Shown here: positions 1-8,624 of the stretch, piece by piece
How the letters are laid out: each line of letters opens with the position of its first letter
Numbering within the stretch: position 1 is the first letter of the stretch
Assembly: GCF_045037415.1 (NCBI RefSeq)
Contig: NZ_CP173438.1
Strand: one strand, 5' to 3'
DNA from: Escherichia coli
Lineage (GTDB): Bacteria; Pseudomonadota; Gammaproteobacteria; Enterobacterales; Enterobacteriaceae
Length of the DNA stretch: 64,000 nt
Made by a program: the position numbers and the translations under genes
The notes under the pieces: model-generated
The model's input: the letters and a program-made list of their open reading frames with translations, nothing else
Told to the model about the DNA's origin: nothing
Databases searched by the model: none

Positions 1-384
1 AAATTCAGTTACTCCTTTACGAACGTTTTCGATATCGCTTTGCGTACCCATGAGTTCAAAGCGGTACAGCCACGGCACGCCGCATTTCCGGGCAATCACA
101 TCTCCGGCGCGGCCATATGCCTCACCAAAGTTGCGATTACCCGAAGCAATAACGCCGCGCAGCAACGCCCGGTTATGCTCGTCGTTTAAAAAGCGAATGA
201 CCTGTCGTGGCACCGCGCCAGCCGTACCGCCGCCGCCGTAAGAGGGCACGATCAGGATGTAAGACTCGTCTACCTGAATCCGTTCCCGCTCATTGAGCGG
301 GATGCGCACCGCGGGCAGCCCTAAACGTTCGATAAAACGCTGCGTATTTTCGGAGCTGCTGGAAAAGTAGACGAGCTGGCTCAT
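1..384 (-). CDS. nrdI: NrdI flavodoxin-like protein of the class Ib ribonucleotide reductase operon; partial, 3' end cut by window edge
   Basis: Reverse-strand translation from ATG at 384 gives [24 protein letters not shown]..., which I recognise as NrdI; its start overlaps the nrdH stop (TCATG at 381-385). Confidence 0.9.
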   Translation of the reverse strand, partial: MSQLVYFSSSSENTQRFIERLGLPAVRIPLNERERIQVDESYILIVPSYGGGGTAGAVPRQVIRFLNDEHNRALLRGVIASGNRNFGEAYGRAGDVIARKCGVPWLYRFELMGTQSDIENVRKGVTEF

Positions 385-626
385 GCACTGGCCGCGTGTG
401 GCGCTGGATGCAGACGATTGATCATGTCCGGGCGGAAACCAGACCAGCTAAGATCGCCTGCAATCACAACCGGCAACTGACGAAAGCCCTGAGCACGCAG
501 CGCTTCTGCCGCTTCAGGAACGCGATCGACATTAATCATTTCAAAATCAAAGCCCCGGTTTTCCATCGCCCGTTTAGTGGCGTGGCACTGAACGCAATCG
601 TTACGAGTGTAAATAGTAATGCGCAT
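381..626 (-). CDS. nrdH: NrdH glutaredoxin-like redoxin
   Basis: 81-aa [37 protein letters not shown]... with the CVQC redox motif; recognised as NrdH. Confidence 0.95.
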   Translation of the reverse strand: MRITIYTRNDCVQCHATKRAMENRGFDFEMINVDRVPEAAEALRAQGFRQLPVVIAGDLSWSGFRPDMINRLHPAPHAASA

Positions 627-697
627 GATTCGTATTTCCGTTTAAAATGAAGATACGGCGCGATGATACGCGTCGGGTTGTCTCTCTGTTGATACAG

Positions 698-744
698 AGA
701 TACTAGATGTAGTTGAAAAAAGATTCAACCACACAATATATAGC
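698..744 (-). promoter_or_regulatory. Candidate NrdR-box pair in the nrdH promoter region
   Basis: Two AT-rich imperfect palindromes (around 698-713 and 729-744, centres about 31 bp apart) upstream of nrdH; resemblance to NrdR boxes is from memory of the motif, not a scored match. Confidence 0.3.
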
Positions 745-810
745 AAATAATGGTCAGGGTTACCCTGGGGCGAGCGTGACGGGGTAGGGGGATTTTTGTG
801 ATTCACCAGG

Positions 811-841
811 CAAAAAGAAACCCCGAAGCCAGGCTTCGGGG
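811..841 (-). terminator. Rho-independent terminator downstream of ygaM
   Basis: GC-rich hairpin CCCCGAAGCC-AGG-CTTCGGGG at 821-841, followed on the minus strand by a T-run (A-run 811-820 on plus). Confidence 0.55.
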
Positions 842-872
842 TCAAAGACGCGTATTTATTATCATTTTTGCA

Positions 873-1202
873 CTACGATTTGCGCATGCTTAACAGTGCG
901 CCGATAAAAATACCCACCGCTGCCGCTGTACCCACACTACACCAGGGTCTTTCACGAACAAAAGAATCCGCGCAGCCAACGGCATCGCGCGCGGCTTGCT
1001 GGACGCGAGTACGACCATGCATTCGCGCCCTGGTTTCTTTCAGTAGAGCCTGCGCTTTACTACGAGCGGCTTCGGCTTCCCCTTTGGCGTCGCTGCCCCA
1101 GGACTTCAATACAGATTCGAGACTGTCAGCTAATTGATTGACATCATTCTGGATATCCTGCACGCCATCATCAACGTCGTTGCGGTTCGGTCGGTTAAAC
1201 AT
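873..1202 (-). CDS. ygaM: YgaM, ElaB-family membrane-anchored ribosome-binding protein (DUF883)
   Basis: ORF 873..1214 translates to MGDHMFNRPNRNDVDDGVQDIQ...; start placed at the internal Met (MFNRP) to give 109 aa. Start choice is uncertain. Confidence 0.85.
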   Translation of the reverse strand: MFNRPNRNDVDDGVQDIQNDVNQLADSLESVLKSWGSDAKGEAEAARSKAQALLKETRARMHGRTRVQQAARDAVGCADSFVRERPWCSVGTAAAVGIFIGALLSMRKS

Positions 1203-1353
1203 ATGATCCCCCATTAGAATTCGATGTAATTTTCAGTGTAGACCATAATTTTCTTAACTGAGGTTCATCGCGGCTTTATGGACTTTTCTGAAAGCGTTGT
1301 GAATGCGCAATCAGGTAAGGTAGGCCCGCGGTTGATAATAACGAGGATCAAAT

Positions 1354-1698
1354 ATGTATTTACGACCAGACGAGGTGGCGCGCGTACTTGAAAAAGTCGG
1401 TTTTACTGTCGATGTGGTAACCCAGAAAGCGTATGGTTACCGCCGTGGGGAAAATTATGTCTATGTTAATCGCGAAGCGCGAATGGGACGTACCGCCCTG
1501 GTGATTCATCCAACATTAAAAGAACGTAGTTCAACACTGGCTGAACCCGCTTCCGATATTAAAACTTGCGATCATTACCAGCAATTTCCGCTCTATTTAG
1601 CGGGTGAACGTCATGAGCATTACGGTATCCCGCATGGCTTTAGTTCGCGTGTTGCGCTTGAACGTTATTTGAATGGTTTATTTGGCGAAGCCAGTTAA
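1354..1698 (+). CDS. ygaC: YgaC, DUF2002 family protein
   Basis: 114-aa [25 protein letters not shown]...; recognised as YgaC. Confidence 0.85.
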
Positions 1699-1700
1699 AG

Positions 1701-1726
1701 ACGCGACTGGCGATGCCAGTCGCGAA
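1701..1726. terminator. Candidate bidirectional terminator hairpin between convergent ygaC and alaE
   Basis: Inverted repeat GCGACTGGC-GAT-GCCAGTCGC sits between the two stop codons. Confidence 0.4.
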
Positions 1727-1734
1727 AAGAAGGG

Positions 1735-2184
1735 TCAGGCTTTTACCTGCTGGTAACGGCTGACTTTAAACAGTCGGCGGCAATAATCGAGGAAGTAGCC
1801 ATAAACCGCCCCCATCAACATCGAAACAACGATGTTTGAACTGACTGCCGCCATAATCTGATGCCAGTCTGCGCCCACCACTAACAAGATCGCCACATAC
1901 ACCGGTGACTGGAACGTCACATAAGCCAGGATATCCGCCAGATTTTTTATCCAGCCTGACGGGCTAACTTTGCGTGCCGCGCGCATAAACAGATCGCGGT
2001 ACATACCGTATGGCCATGCAATTAAGATGTTCACCGGAATCGCTACCAATCTGGAATAAAAAGACTGTTCGAAGCTCATTCCGGAGAGGAAAACTTCAAT
2101 ACACATGTTCACGACAGAACAGTAAACAACCATCGCGAACGTATCTGCAACTGCATGACGCAAGCGTGACTGCGGTGAGAACAT
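1735..2184 (-). CDS. alaE: AlaE L-alanine exporter
   Basis: 149-aa hydrophobic [38 protein letters not shown]...; recognised as AlaE (YgaW). Confidence 0.9.
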   Translation of the reverse strand: MFSPQSRLRHAVADTFAMVVYCSVVNMCIEVFLSGMSFEQSFYSRLVAIPVNILIAWPYGMYRDLFMRAARKVSPSGWIKNLADILAYVTFQSPVYVAILLVVGADWHQIMAAVSSNIVVSMLMGAVYGYFLDYCRRLFKVSRYQQVKA

Positions 2185-2851
2185 GCTAATGCTCCTTAAT
2201 AAAAGCGTAATGGGATGTTAATGGAGATGAAAGCAGTGGATCTCATTGCCATCTGCATTTTTGCATAGCGTATATCGCTGGCTATGACTAATCAATTAGT
2301 GAAAAATTTTCATTTAATCTGTTTTTGTAGATAAAATATTCCGTAACGGCGCGTTTTTTGTACATTGTGGATTTTTACATGCCGATATGATTTATTTTTA
2401 ATTAAATCAATTGGATATGTGCTTGCCTTTATTTTCACTCATGAAGGTTTGGGGGTGAGGTAACGCTATAAGCGTAGAGAATTCGGTGTATGTAGTGACC
2501 GGGTCATTTTCAGCATTTTTTATGACAGATAATGTACATTGACAGCAGAAAGCACCAGTGATAGATGTTTTCTTTTATTCGGTTGAATTGCATTTTTATT
2601 CACTTTGGTTTTGTCAGGCTTGCGGAATTAGCGAGCAGAGAGAGCCGCTCTGTTCACCAATAACCGAAATTACTCATCAAAATGGCTAATATATAATCTT
2701 GAAATTATTCTGAGAGTTTCAGAAAATAACAGCTGAAATAATCTCGTGCAGGACTGTAAATAGATTAAATTTTGTGGAAATATAATAAGTGATCGCTTAC
2801 ACTACGCGACGAAATACTTTTTTGTTTTGGCGTTAAAAGGTTTTCTTTATT

Positions 2852-3256
2852 ATGTCCGTAATGTTACAAAGTTTAAATAACATTCGCACCCTCCGTGCGA
2901 TGGCTCGCGAATTCTCCATTGACGTTCTTGAAGAAATGCTCGAAAAATTCAGGGTTGTCACTAAAGAAAGACGTGAAGAAGAAGAACAACAGCAGCGTGA
3001 ACTGGCAGAGCGCCAGGAAAAAATTAGCACCTGGCTGGAGCTGATGAAAGCTGACGGAATTAACCCGGAAGAGTTATTGGGTAATAGCTCTGCTGCGGCA
3101 CCACGCGCTGGTAAAAAACGCCAGCCGCGTCCGGCGAAATATAAATTCATCGATGTTAACGGTGAAACTAAAACCTGGACCGGTCAGGGCCGTACACCGA
3201 AGCCAATCGCTCAGGCGCTGGCAGAAGGTAAATCTCTCGACGATTTCCTGATCTAA
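2852..3256 (+). CDS. stpA: StpA, H-NS paralogue nucleoid-associated protein and RNA chaperone
   Basis: 134-aa [36 protein letters not shown]...; recognised as StpA. Preceded by a long AT-rich intergenic region. Confidence 0.95.
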   Translation: MSVMLQSLNNIRTLRAMAREFSIDVLEEMLEKFRVVTKERREEEEQQQRELAERQEKISTWLELMKADGINPEELLGNSSAAAPRAGKKRQPRPAKYKFIDVNGETKTWTGQGRTPKPIAQALAEGKSLDDFLI

Positions 3257-3302
3257 TTACTGAGGCCGGATGTCGCTGCTATGGCGCGTCCGGCGTCGCT
3301 GC

Positions 3303-3827
3303 TCAAGCTCGTTGGTTCCACGGCATCTTATCTAACAACCTTGCCATTCCACAAAAACCACTAATTCCTGCAAGCAGTAACCCAGCACCAACAAAGCCGC
3401 TTAATAAGAAGAAAACGCTATTTACGGTATAACCCAGTACAACGCCGATTAATATTAAACCACCCGCGGCGATTTGCACCTGGCGCATTAACGGTAAGGG
3501 TTGGGATTTATTTACCGCTACTGGCAATCCTGCTTTTTTCCAGCCATCAATCCCATCTTCGAGTAAAAAGATTTCTGCGGGGGCGGCAATCGCTGCTAAT
3601 TTATCAGCGTTATTACTGGTGCGTTTACCTGCCTGGCAGTGGAATATAATTTGCTCGCGACGTAATTTAGGCGGAAGACCTGACTGTTCCAGTACGGATA
3701 ATGGAGCCAGATCTGCTTCAGGAATATGTTCACGAAGATATTCATCAGCATCACGAATATCGATTAACTTTGCGCCGCGTGCGATTAATTCTTGTGCATC
3801 ATGCGGCGAAATGGTTGTCAAAGCCAT
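3303..3827 (-). CDS. ygaP: YgaP, membrane-anchored rhodanese (thiosulfate sulfurtransferase)
   Basis: 174-aa [33 protein letters not shown]... with the active-site context FHCQAGKRT and a hydrophobic C-terminus. Confidence 0.9.
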   Translation of the reverse strand: MALTTISPHDAQELIARGAKLIDIRDADEYLREHIPEADLAPLSVLEQSGLPPKLRREQIIFHCQAGKRTSNNADKLAAIAAPAEIFLLEDGIDGWKKAGLPVAVNKSQPLPLMRQVQIAAGGLILIGVVLGYTVNSVFFLLSGFVGAGLLLAGISGFCGMARLLDKMPWNQRA

Positions 3828-3836
3828 AGTGACTCC

Positions 3837-4136
3837 TTACGGACAATAGACATTTTTCAGGGTGGCGATAATGGCATTTACCGCCTCATTTTTAATGGAA
3901 TATAGAATGCGTTGGGCATCCCGTTGGCAGTCGATAAGCCCTTCGCCCCGCATACGAGCGAGATGCTGTGATGTCGCAGAGGCACTCAGTCCGGTAATGC
4001 GCGTCAGCTCTCCCGCGCTGGTGCCGGGGGAACCGCTAAGCATACACAGAATCAGCAATCGTTTAGGGTGGCTCATTGATTTCAATAAGGCCGCTGCCTG
4101 TTCGGCACTGGCCTGTAATTGTGCGAGTTCAGTCAT
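3837..4136 (-). CDS. ygaV: YgaV, ArsR/SmtB-family transcriptional regulator
   Basis: 99-aa ORF with a helix-turn-helix region (LTRITGLSASATSQHLARMRGEGLI); lies immediately upstream of ygaP in the same orientation. Confidence 0.9.
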   Translation of the reverse strand: MTELAQLQASAEQAAALLKSMSHPKRLLILCMLSGSPGTSAGELTRITGLSASATSQHLARMRGEGLIDCQRDAQRILYSIKNEAVNAIIATLKNVYCP

Positions 4137-4318
4137 AGTTGTTTAAGTATTTTCTAAATTAAGTAAACTCTAAACTAAGTGTGCAACATATACCAGCATC
4201 AGCAGCGTAAATGAGAGTAAAAGCGTACGCTGAAACTGGCAGGCTCCGCTAAAATTACTACGCTTAAGAGATAAAATCTCTTTTTAAACAATGAGTAATT
4301 TTCTTATAGGGAGTACAT

Positions 4319-4477
4319 ATGGGTTTCTGGAGAATCGTCATCACCATCATTCTGCCGCCGCTCGGCGTGCTGCTCGGTAAAGGGTTCGGTTGGGCGTTCA
4401 TTATTAATATTCTGCTGACACTGCTTGGCTATATCCCCGGTTTGATTCACGCGTTCTGGGTGCAAACCCGCGATTAA
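4319..4477 (+). CDS. yqaE: YqaE, Pmp3/UPF0057-family small membrane protein (52 aa)
   Basis: Not in the ORF track because it is under 60 aa. ATG at 4319 follows a GGAG Shine-Dalgarno; translation MGFWRIVITIILPPLGVLLGKGFGWAFIINILLTLLGYIPGLIHAFWVQTRD; stop TAA at 4475-4477. Confidence 0.85.
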   Translation: MGFWRIVITIILPPLGVLLGKGFGWAFIINILLTLLGYIPGLIHAFWVQTRD

Positions 4478-4560
4478 ACCTGTGCTCACCCCCGCGGCGT
4501 TAACGCGCCGCGTTCCTCTGCTACACTTTCTGAGTGTTTCCGTTAACGAATGAGGTAGCT

Positions 4561-5010
4561 ATGGGTCTGTTCAATTTTGTGAAAGATGCCGGAGAAAAAC
4601 TCTGGGACGCGGTTACAGGTCAGCACGATAAAGACGATCAGGCGAAGAAGGTGCAGGAGCATCTGAACAAAACCGGTATACCTGATGCCGATAAAGTGAA
4701 CATTCAAATTGCCGACGGCAAAGCGACGGTCACTGGTGACGGCTTAAGTCAGGAGGCGAAGGAGAAAATCCTTGTTGCGGTGGGGAATATTTCCGGTATT
4801 GCCAGTGTCGATGATCAGGTGAAAACGGCGACACCAGCCACTGCCAGCCAGTTTTATACCGTTAAGTCTGGCGACACTCTGAGTGCCATTTCCAAACAGG
4901 TCTACGGTAACGCTAATCTGTACAATAAAATCTTCGAAGCGAATAAACCGATGCTAAAAAGCCCGGATAAAATTTACCCGGGGCAAGTGTTGCGTATTCC
5001 TGAAGAGTAG
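4561..5010 (+). CDS. ygaU: YgaU/Kbp, BON and LysM domain potassium-binding protein
   Basis: Translation from the internal ATG at 4561: [27 protein letters not shown]..., with a C-terminal LysM-like [18 protein letters not shown] segment. Confidence 0.9.
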
Positions 5011-5673
5011 TTAATTGCCAGCCATCGCCTGCTGGATAATGGGAATTGGCGTCAGTAAATGCTGGCGCATTAACTCACTGGCGCGCGCGGTATCTCGCGC
5101 CAGTACCGCCGCAGTCAGGGTCTGGTGCTGATCGTGTTTATCTTCCAGCATTTCCACCGAAAGCACTGTTCGCCGCAGCCAGATAAATCGATAACGCGCT
5201 GCCAGATCAAACAACCGTTCACGCATTTGCAGCAAATAGTAAGAACCACAGCCCGCCACAATTGCAGTATGAAACGCCTGATGACGCAGATCCCACTCAT
5301 CAAGCATTTTCTCACTGGCGTCACAGGCCTCAAGCTTACTGAGCAGATGCGCTTTTGCGAGAACGTCTGCCTCCCATTCATCGCCACCGCGGGCAATCGC
5401 CAGACTCACCAGCATCGCTTCCATATTGGCGCGGGCGTCGAAAATATCGAGCAGCTCCTGCTCTGACATAGACGCCACCCGATACCCTTTTTGATTCACC
5501 ACCGTGACCAGTCGTTCTGCCACCAGTTGCGAAAGTGCTTCCCGCAACGGCCCAACGCCAAGTGCATAACGCGATGTCAGCAAACTCATCCGTAATTTTT
5601 CATCCGGCTGAAAATTGCCGCGAATAATATCGTTCTTCAGCCAGCGATAGCCATCCAGAGAGGTAATGGTCAT
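5011..5673 (-). CDS. csiR: CsiR (GabC), GntR-family repressor of the csiD-gab operon
   Basis: ORF 5011..5691; start placed at MTITSLDGYRWLKNDIIRGNF... to give 220 aa. Confidence 0.9.
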   Translation of the reverse strand: MTITSLDGYRWLKNDIIRGNFQPDEKLRMSLLTSRYALGVGPLREALSQLVAERLVTVVNQKGYRVASMSEQELLDIFDARANMEAMLVSLAIARGGDEWEADVLAKAHLLSKLEACDASEKMLDEWDLRHQAFHTAIVAGCGSYYLLQMRERLFDLAARYRFIWLRRTVLSVEMLEDKHDQHQTLTAAVLARDTARASELMRQHLLTPIPIIQQAMAGN

Positions 5674-5693
5674 GGTGTGACTCCTGATCATTA

Positions 5694-7094
5694 TCAGCGC
5701 GTATTATGAATGGGTGTTTTTTGCCACATTATCAGCTTTTTCCAGCGAGCCATAATTGGCACGGTACAGATAATCCCAATCGCTAATAAGCCGGTGGAGA
5801 TCACTTCTAACTGTTGCGCCGGGCGGAATAGCATCACTACCAACACAAAGGTAATAAAGCCGATGACCAGCCAGGTGAGCCACGGATAAAGCCACATCCG
5901 CAGGCGAATTTCGCTTCCTTCTGCTCGCAGAATTTTGCGCATCCGCAATTGTGAAACGGCGATGACTAAATAAACCAGCAGGGCGATAGCGCCGGAGCTG
6001 TCGATCAGAAATTTAAACACCTTCGCAGGCGCGTAATAGTTCACCACCACCGTTAAGAATGCCGCGCTGGTGGAGAGTAACACCGCTACGTACGGGGTTT
6101 TACTGCGGTTGATTTTACCCATTACCGCGGGAGCATCACCGCGACGGCTTAAGGAGTAGAGCATCCTGGAAGCGGTATACAGCGCCGAGTTCAGGCAACT
6201 GGTTACGGAAAGTAATATCACGCAGTCCATGATTAATTTCGCATGAGGAATATTGAGCAATTCCAGAACCGAGCGATAAGAACCAACGGCTTTCAGCCCT
6301 GGCATATTCCACGGGATTAATGCAACAACGACAAAAATAGAACACAAATAGAAAATAGAGATACGCCAGATAACCGAGTTGGTGGCGCGAACAATATGTT
6401 TTTCCGGCGTGTCGGATTCCGCGGCGGCAATGGTGACAATTTCTGCGCCCATAAACGAGAACATGGTGATCAACATCGCGCTTAATACCGCACCGAAGCC
6501 GTTGGGCATAAAGCCGCCGCTATCCCACAATCTTGAAATCCCGCTCACGTCGGCATACGGGTAAAAACCGCTAATTGCGACGGCACCAAGGAAAATAAAG
6601 GCCAGGATAGCGATGACTTTACACAGCGCCAGCCAGAACTCAAATTCGCCGTAGTTTTTAACGCTTAATAAATTACTGCCGGTTAAGGCGAGGGTAATGA
6701 CGAGGGAAAATAACCAGATGGGAATGCCTGGAACCCATGAGTGCAGGATCATGGCGGCGATGTTGGCTTCAAGTGGGATAACCAGTACCCAAAACCACCA
6801 GTACAACCAGCCGATGGTATAGCCCGCCCAGCGGCCAATGGCTTTATCGGCATAGGTGGAAAACGAACCGGTATCGGGCGTGGCAACCGCCATTTCCGCC
6901 AACATCCGCATAATCATAACCACCAGTAATCCGGCGAACAGATAGGCCAGTAATACCGCCGGGCCCGCTTCGGCGATGGCGACGCTGGAACCGACAAACA
7001 GACTTGCGCCGATAACACCGGCAATAGACAACATGGTGACGTGGCGTGACTTCAGCCCGCCGCCTAACTCATGTGGTTGCGATGATTGCCCCAT
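5694..7094 (-). CDS. gabP: GabP, gamma-aminobutyrate permease (APC family)
   Basis: The track ORF is N-terminally extended; start placed at MGQSSQPHELGGGLKSRHVTMLSIAGVIGASLF... to give 466 aa. Confidence 0.95.
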   Translation of the reverse strand: MGQSSQPHELGGGLKSRHVTMLSIAGVIGASLFVGSSVAIAEAGPAVLLAYLFAGLLVVMIMRMLAEMAVATPDTGSFSTYADKAIGRWAGYTIGWLYWWFWVLVIPLEANIAAMILHSWVPGIPIWLFSLVITLALTGSNLLSVKNYGEFEFWLALCKVIAILAFIFLGAVAISGFYPYADVSGISRLWDSGGFMPNGFGAVLSAMLITMFSFMGAEIVTIAAAESDTPEKHIVRATNSVIWRISIFYLCSIFVVVALIPWNMPGLKAVGSYRSVLELLNIPHAKLIMDCVILLSVTSCLNSALYTASRMLYSLSRRGDAPAVMGKINRSKTPYVAVLLSTSAAFLTVVVNYYAPAKVFKFLIDSSGAIALLVYLVIAVSQLRMRKILRAEGSEIRLRMWLYPWLTWLVIGFITFVLVVMLFRPAQQLEVISTGLLAIGIICTVPIMARWKKLIMWQKTPIHNTR

Positions 7095-7182
7095 CCTGAA
7101 TCCTCTCGAAAGTGTGTCACTTGGGAGAGCGCCCCGACATTTCCCGCGTCGGGTCACGCGTTTAATTGTTATTGGTTCTTTT

Positions 7183-7323
7183 TGCCGGAGAGCGGCTCCG
7201 CCTTATCCGGCCGACATAGATTTATTCCTGTTCACGTACAGATTGTCGGATGCGGCGTAAACGCCTTATCCGACCTGGATTCTCGTAGGCCGGACAAGCC
7301 GCAAAGCGTCGCCTCCGGCATGG
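7183..7323. repeat. REP/BIME cluster: three repetitive extragenic palindromic units between gabT and gabP
   Basis: GCCGGAGAGCGGCTCCGCCTTATCCGGCC, GTCGGATGCGGCGTAAACGCCTTATCCGACC and an inverted GGCCGGACAAGCCGCAAAGCGTCGCCTCCGGC copy, all matching the enterobacterial REP family. Confidence 0.75.
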
Positions 7324-7330
7324 TGCGGTG

Positions 7331-8611
7331 CTACAGCTTCGCCTCAGCAAAACACTGGCTGATGATCTCCAGACCCTGACGGATCTGAGCGTCCTCAATG
7401 GTGAGCGGTACAAGGATGCGCAGCACGTTGTAATACGGGCCGCAGGAGAGAAGAATCAGACCCTTATCGCGGGCGCGTGCCACGATCTCGGCGGTGAGTT
7501 TTGCGTCCGGTTTGCTGTGATCGCCATCTTCAAACAGCTCGATGGCGATCATCGCCCCCAGACCGCGTACGTCGCCGATCTCCGGGTGTTTTTCGGCTAT
7601 CGCCAGCAATCCGTCTTTCAGCTTCTGCCCCAGAACGTTGGCTTTTTGCAGCAGATTTTCCTGCTCGAACACCTTCAACACTTCCAGCGCCGCTACGCAG
7701 GCAATCGGGTTACCGGCATAGGTGCCACCCAGTCCGCCCGGTGCGACGGCGTCCATCACTTCCGCGCGCCCGGTGACGCCCGCCAGCGGGAAACCGCCTG
7801 CGATCGATTTCGCAAAGGTGGTGAGATCTGGTGCCACGCCCATTTGCTCCATCGCAAACAGCGTGCCGGTACGCCCTGCGCCGCTCTGCACTTCATCGGC
7901 AATCAGCATGATCCCGTGCTCGTCACACAGCGCGCGTAAACGCTGCATAAAGGCTGGCGTCGCGGCGTAGAAACCGCCTTCGCCCTGAACGGGCTCAATC
8001 ACGATGGCGGCGATATCTTCCGGCGCGGCGTCATTTTTGAAGATCCGGTGGATGCTGGCGATAGCGTCATCCTCGCTTATGCCGTGCAGCGGGCAAGGAT
8101 AAAGCGCGCGATAAACATGACCCGGCATCAGCCCCATGCCCGCAGAGTACGGATTCACCTTGCCGGTCAGCGCCAGCGTGTAATGCGTGCGCCCGTGATA
8201 CGCACCGCTAAAGGCGATAGTACCGCTACGTTTAGTGGCGGCGCGGGCGATTTTCACCGCATTTTCCACCGCTTCGGAACCGGTCGTAACCAGCAGAGTT
8301 TTCTTGGCAAAATCGCCCGGCACCTTCTGATTCATAATCTCGCACAGCTCCAGATACGGCTCGTAGGCCAGCACCTGGAAGCAGGTGTGCGACAGTTTTT
8401 TCAATTGCGCTTCCACCGCCGCAACCACTTTCGGATGCAGGTGCCCGGTATTGAGCACCGCAATCCCGCCCGCGAAATCAAGATACTCACGGCCTTCAAC
8501 GTCCCACACCCGGCAGTTTTCCGCGCGGTCAGCGAAAATCGGGTGAATTTGCCCAACGCCACGGGGAATCGCCTGACTGCGGCGCTGCATTAACTCTTTA
8601 TTGCTGATCAT
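7331..8611 (-). CDS. gabT: GabT, 4-aminobutyrate aminotransferase (PLP-dependent)
   Basis: ORF 7331..8617; translation ...ISNKELMQRRSQAIPRGVGQIHPIFADRAENCRVWDVEGREYLDFAGGIAVLNTGH...; start taken at the second Met for 426 aa. Confidence 0.95.
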   Translation of the reverse strand: MISNKELMQRRSQAIPRGVGQIHPIFADRAENCRVWDVEGREYLDFAGGIAVLNTGHLHPKVVAAVEAQLKKLSHTCFQVLAYEPYLELCEIMNQKVPGDFAKKTLLVTTGSEAVENAVKIARAATKRSGTIAFSGAYHGRTHYTLALTGKVNPYSAGMGLMPGHVYRALYPCPLHGISEDDAIASIHRIFKNDAAPEDIAAIVIEPVQGEGGFYAATPAFMQRLRALCDEHGIMLIADEVQSGAGRTGTLFAMEQMGVAPDLTTFAKSIAGGFPLAGVTGRAEVMDAVAPGGLGGTYAGNPIACVAALEVLKVFEQENLLQKANVLGQKLKDGLLAIAEKHPEIGDVRGLGAMIAIELFEDGDHSKPDAKLTAEIVARARDKGLILLSCGPYYNVLRILVPLTIEDAQIRQGLEIISQCFAEAKL

Positions 8612-8624
8612 TCGCATTCTCCAG

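Noticed and set aside
850-872. Fur-box-like AT-rich sequence (ATTTATTATCATTTTTGC) that might regulate nrdHIEF
   Set aside because: It lies between the ygaM stop codon and the ygaM terminator, on the wrong side of the terminator to serve as an nrdH operator; more likely ygaM 3' UTR.
3257-3302. REP-like or hairpin sequence between stpA and ygaP (GCCGGATG...CGTCCGGC with a repeated GTCGCTGCT)
   Set aside because: Stem arms are short and separated by a long loop; it does not match REP consensus well and is too weak to call as a terminator or repeat.
5694-7157. N-terminally extended track ORFs (gabP 487 aa, lhgO 443 aa, aroF 379 aa, kgtP 466 aa, yfiC 285 aa and others) as possible longer isoforms
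   Set aside because: In each case the recognised protein begins at an internal Met and the upstream extension runs into intergenic or promoter sequence; the extensions are artefacts of longest-ORF calling.
7328-8593. Plus-strand ORFs of 203 aa and 181 aa overlapping gabT
   Set aside because: Antisense to the recognisable aminotransferase gabT; no independent support.
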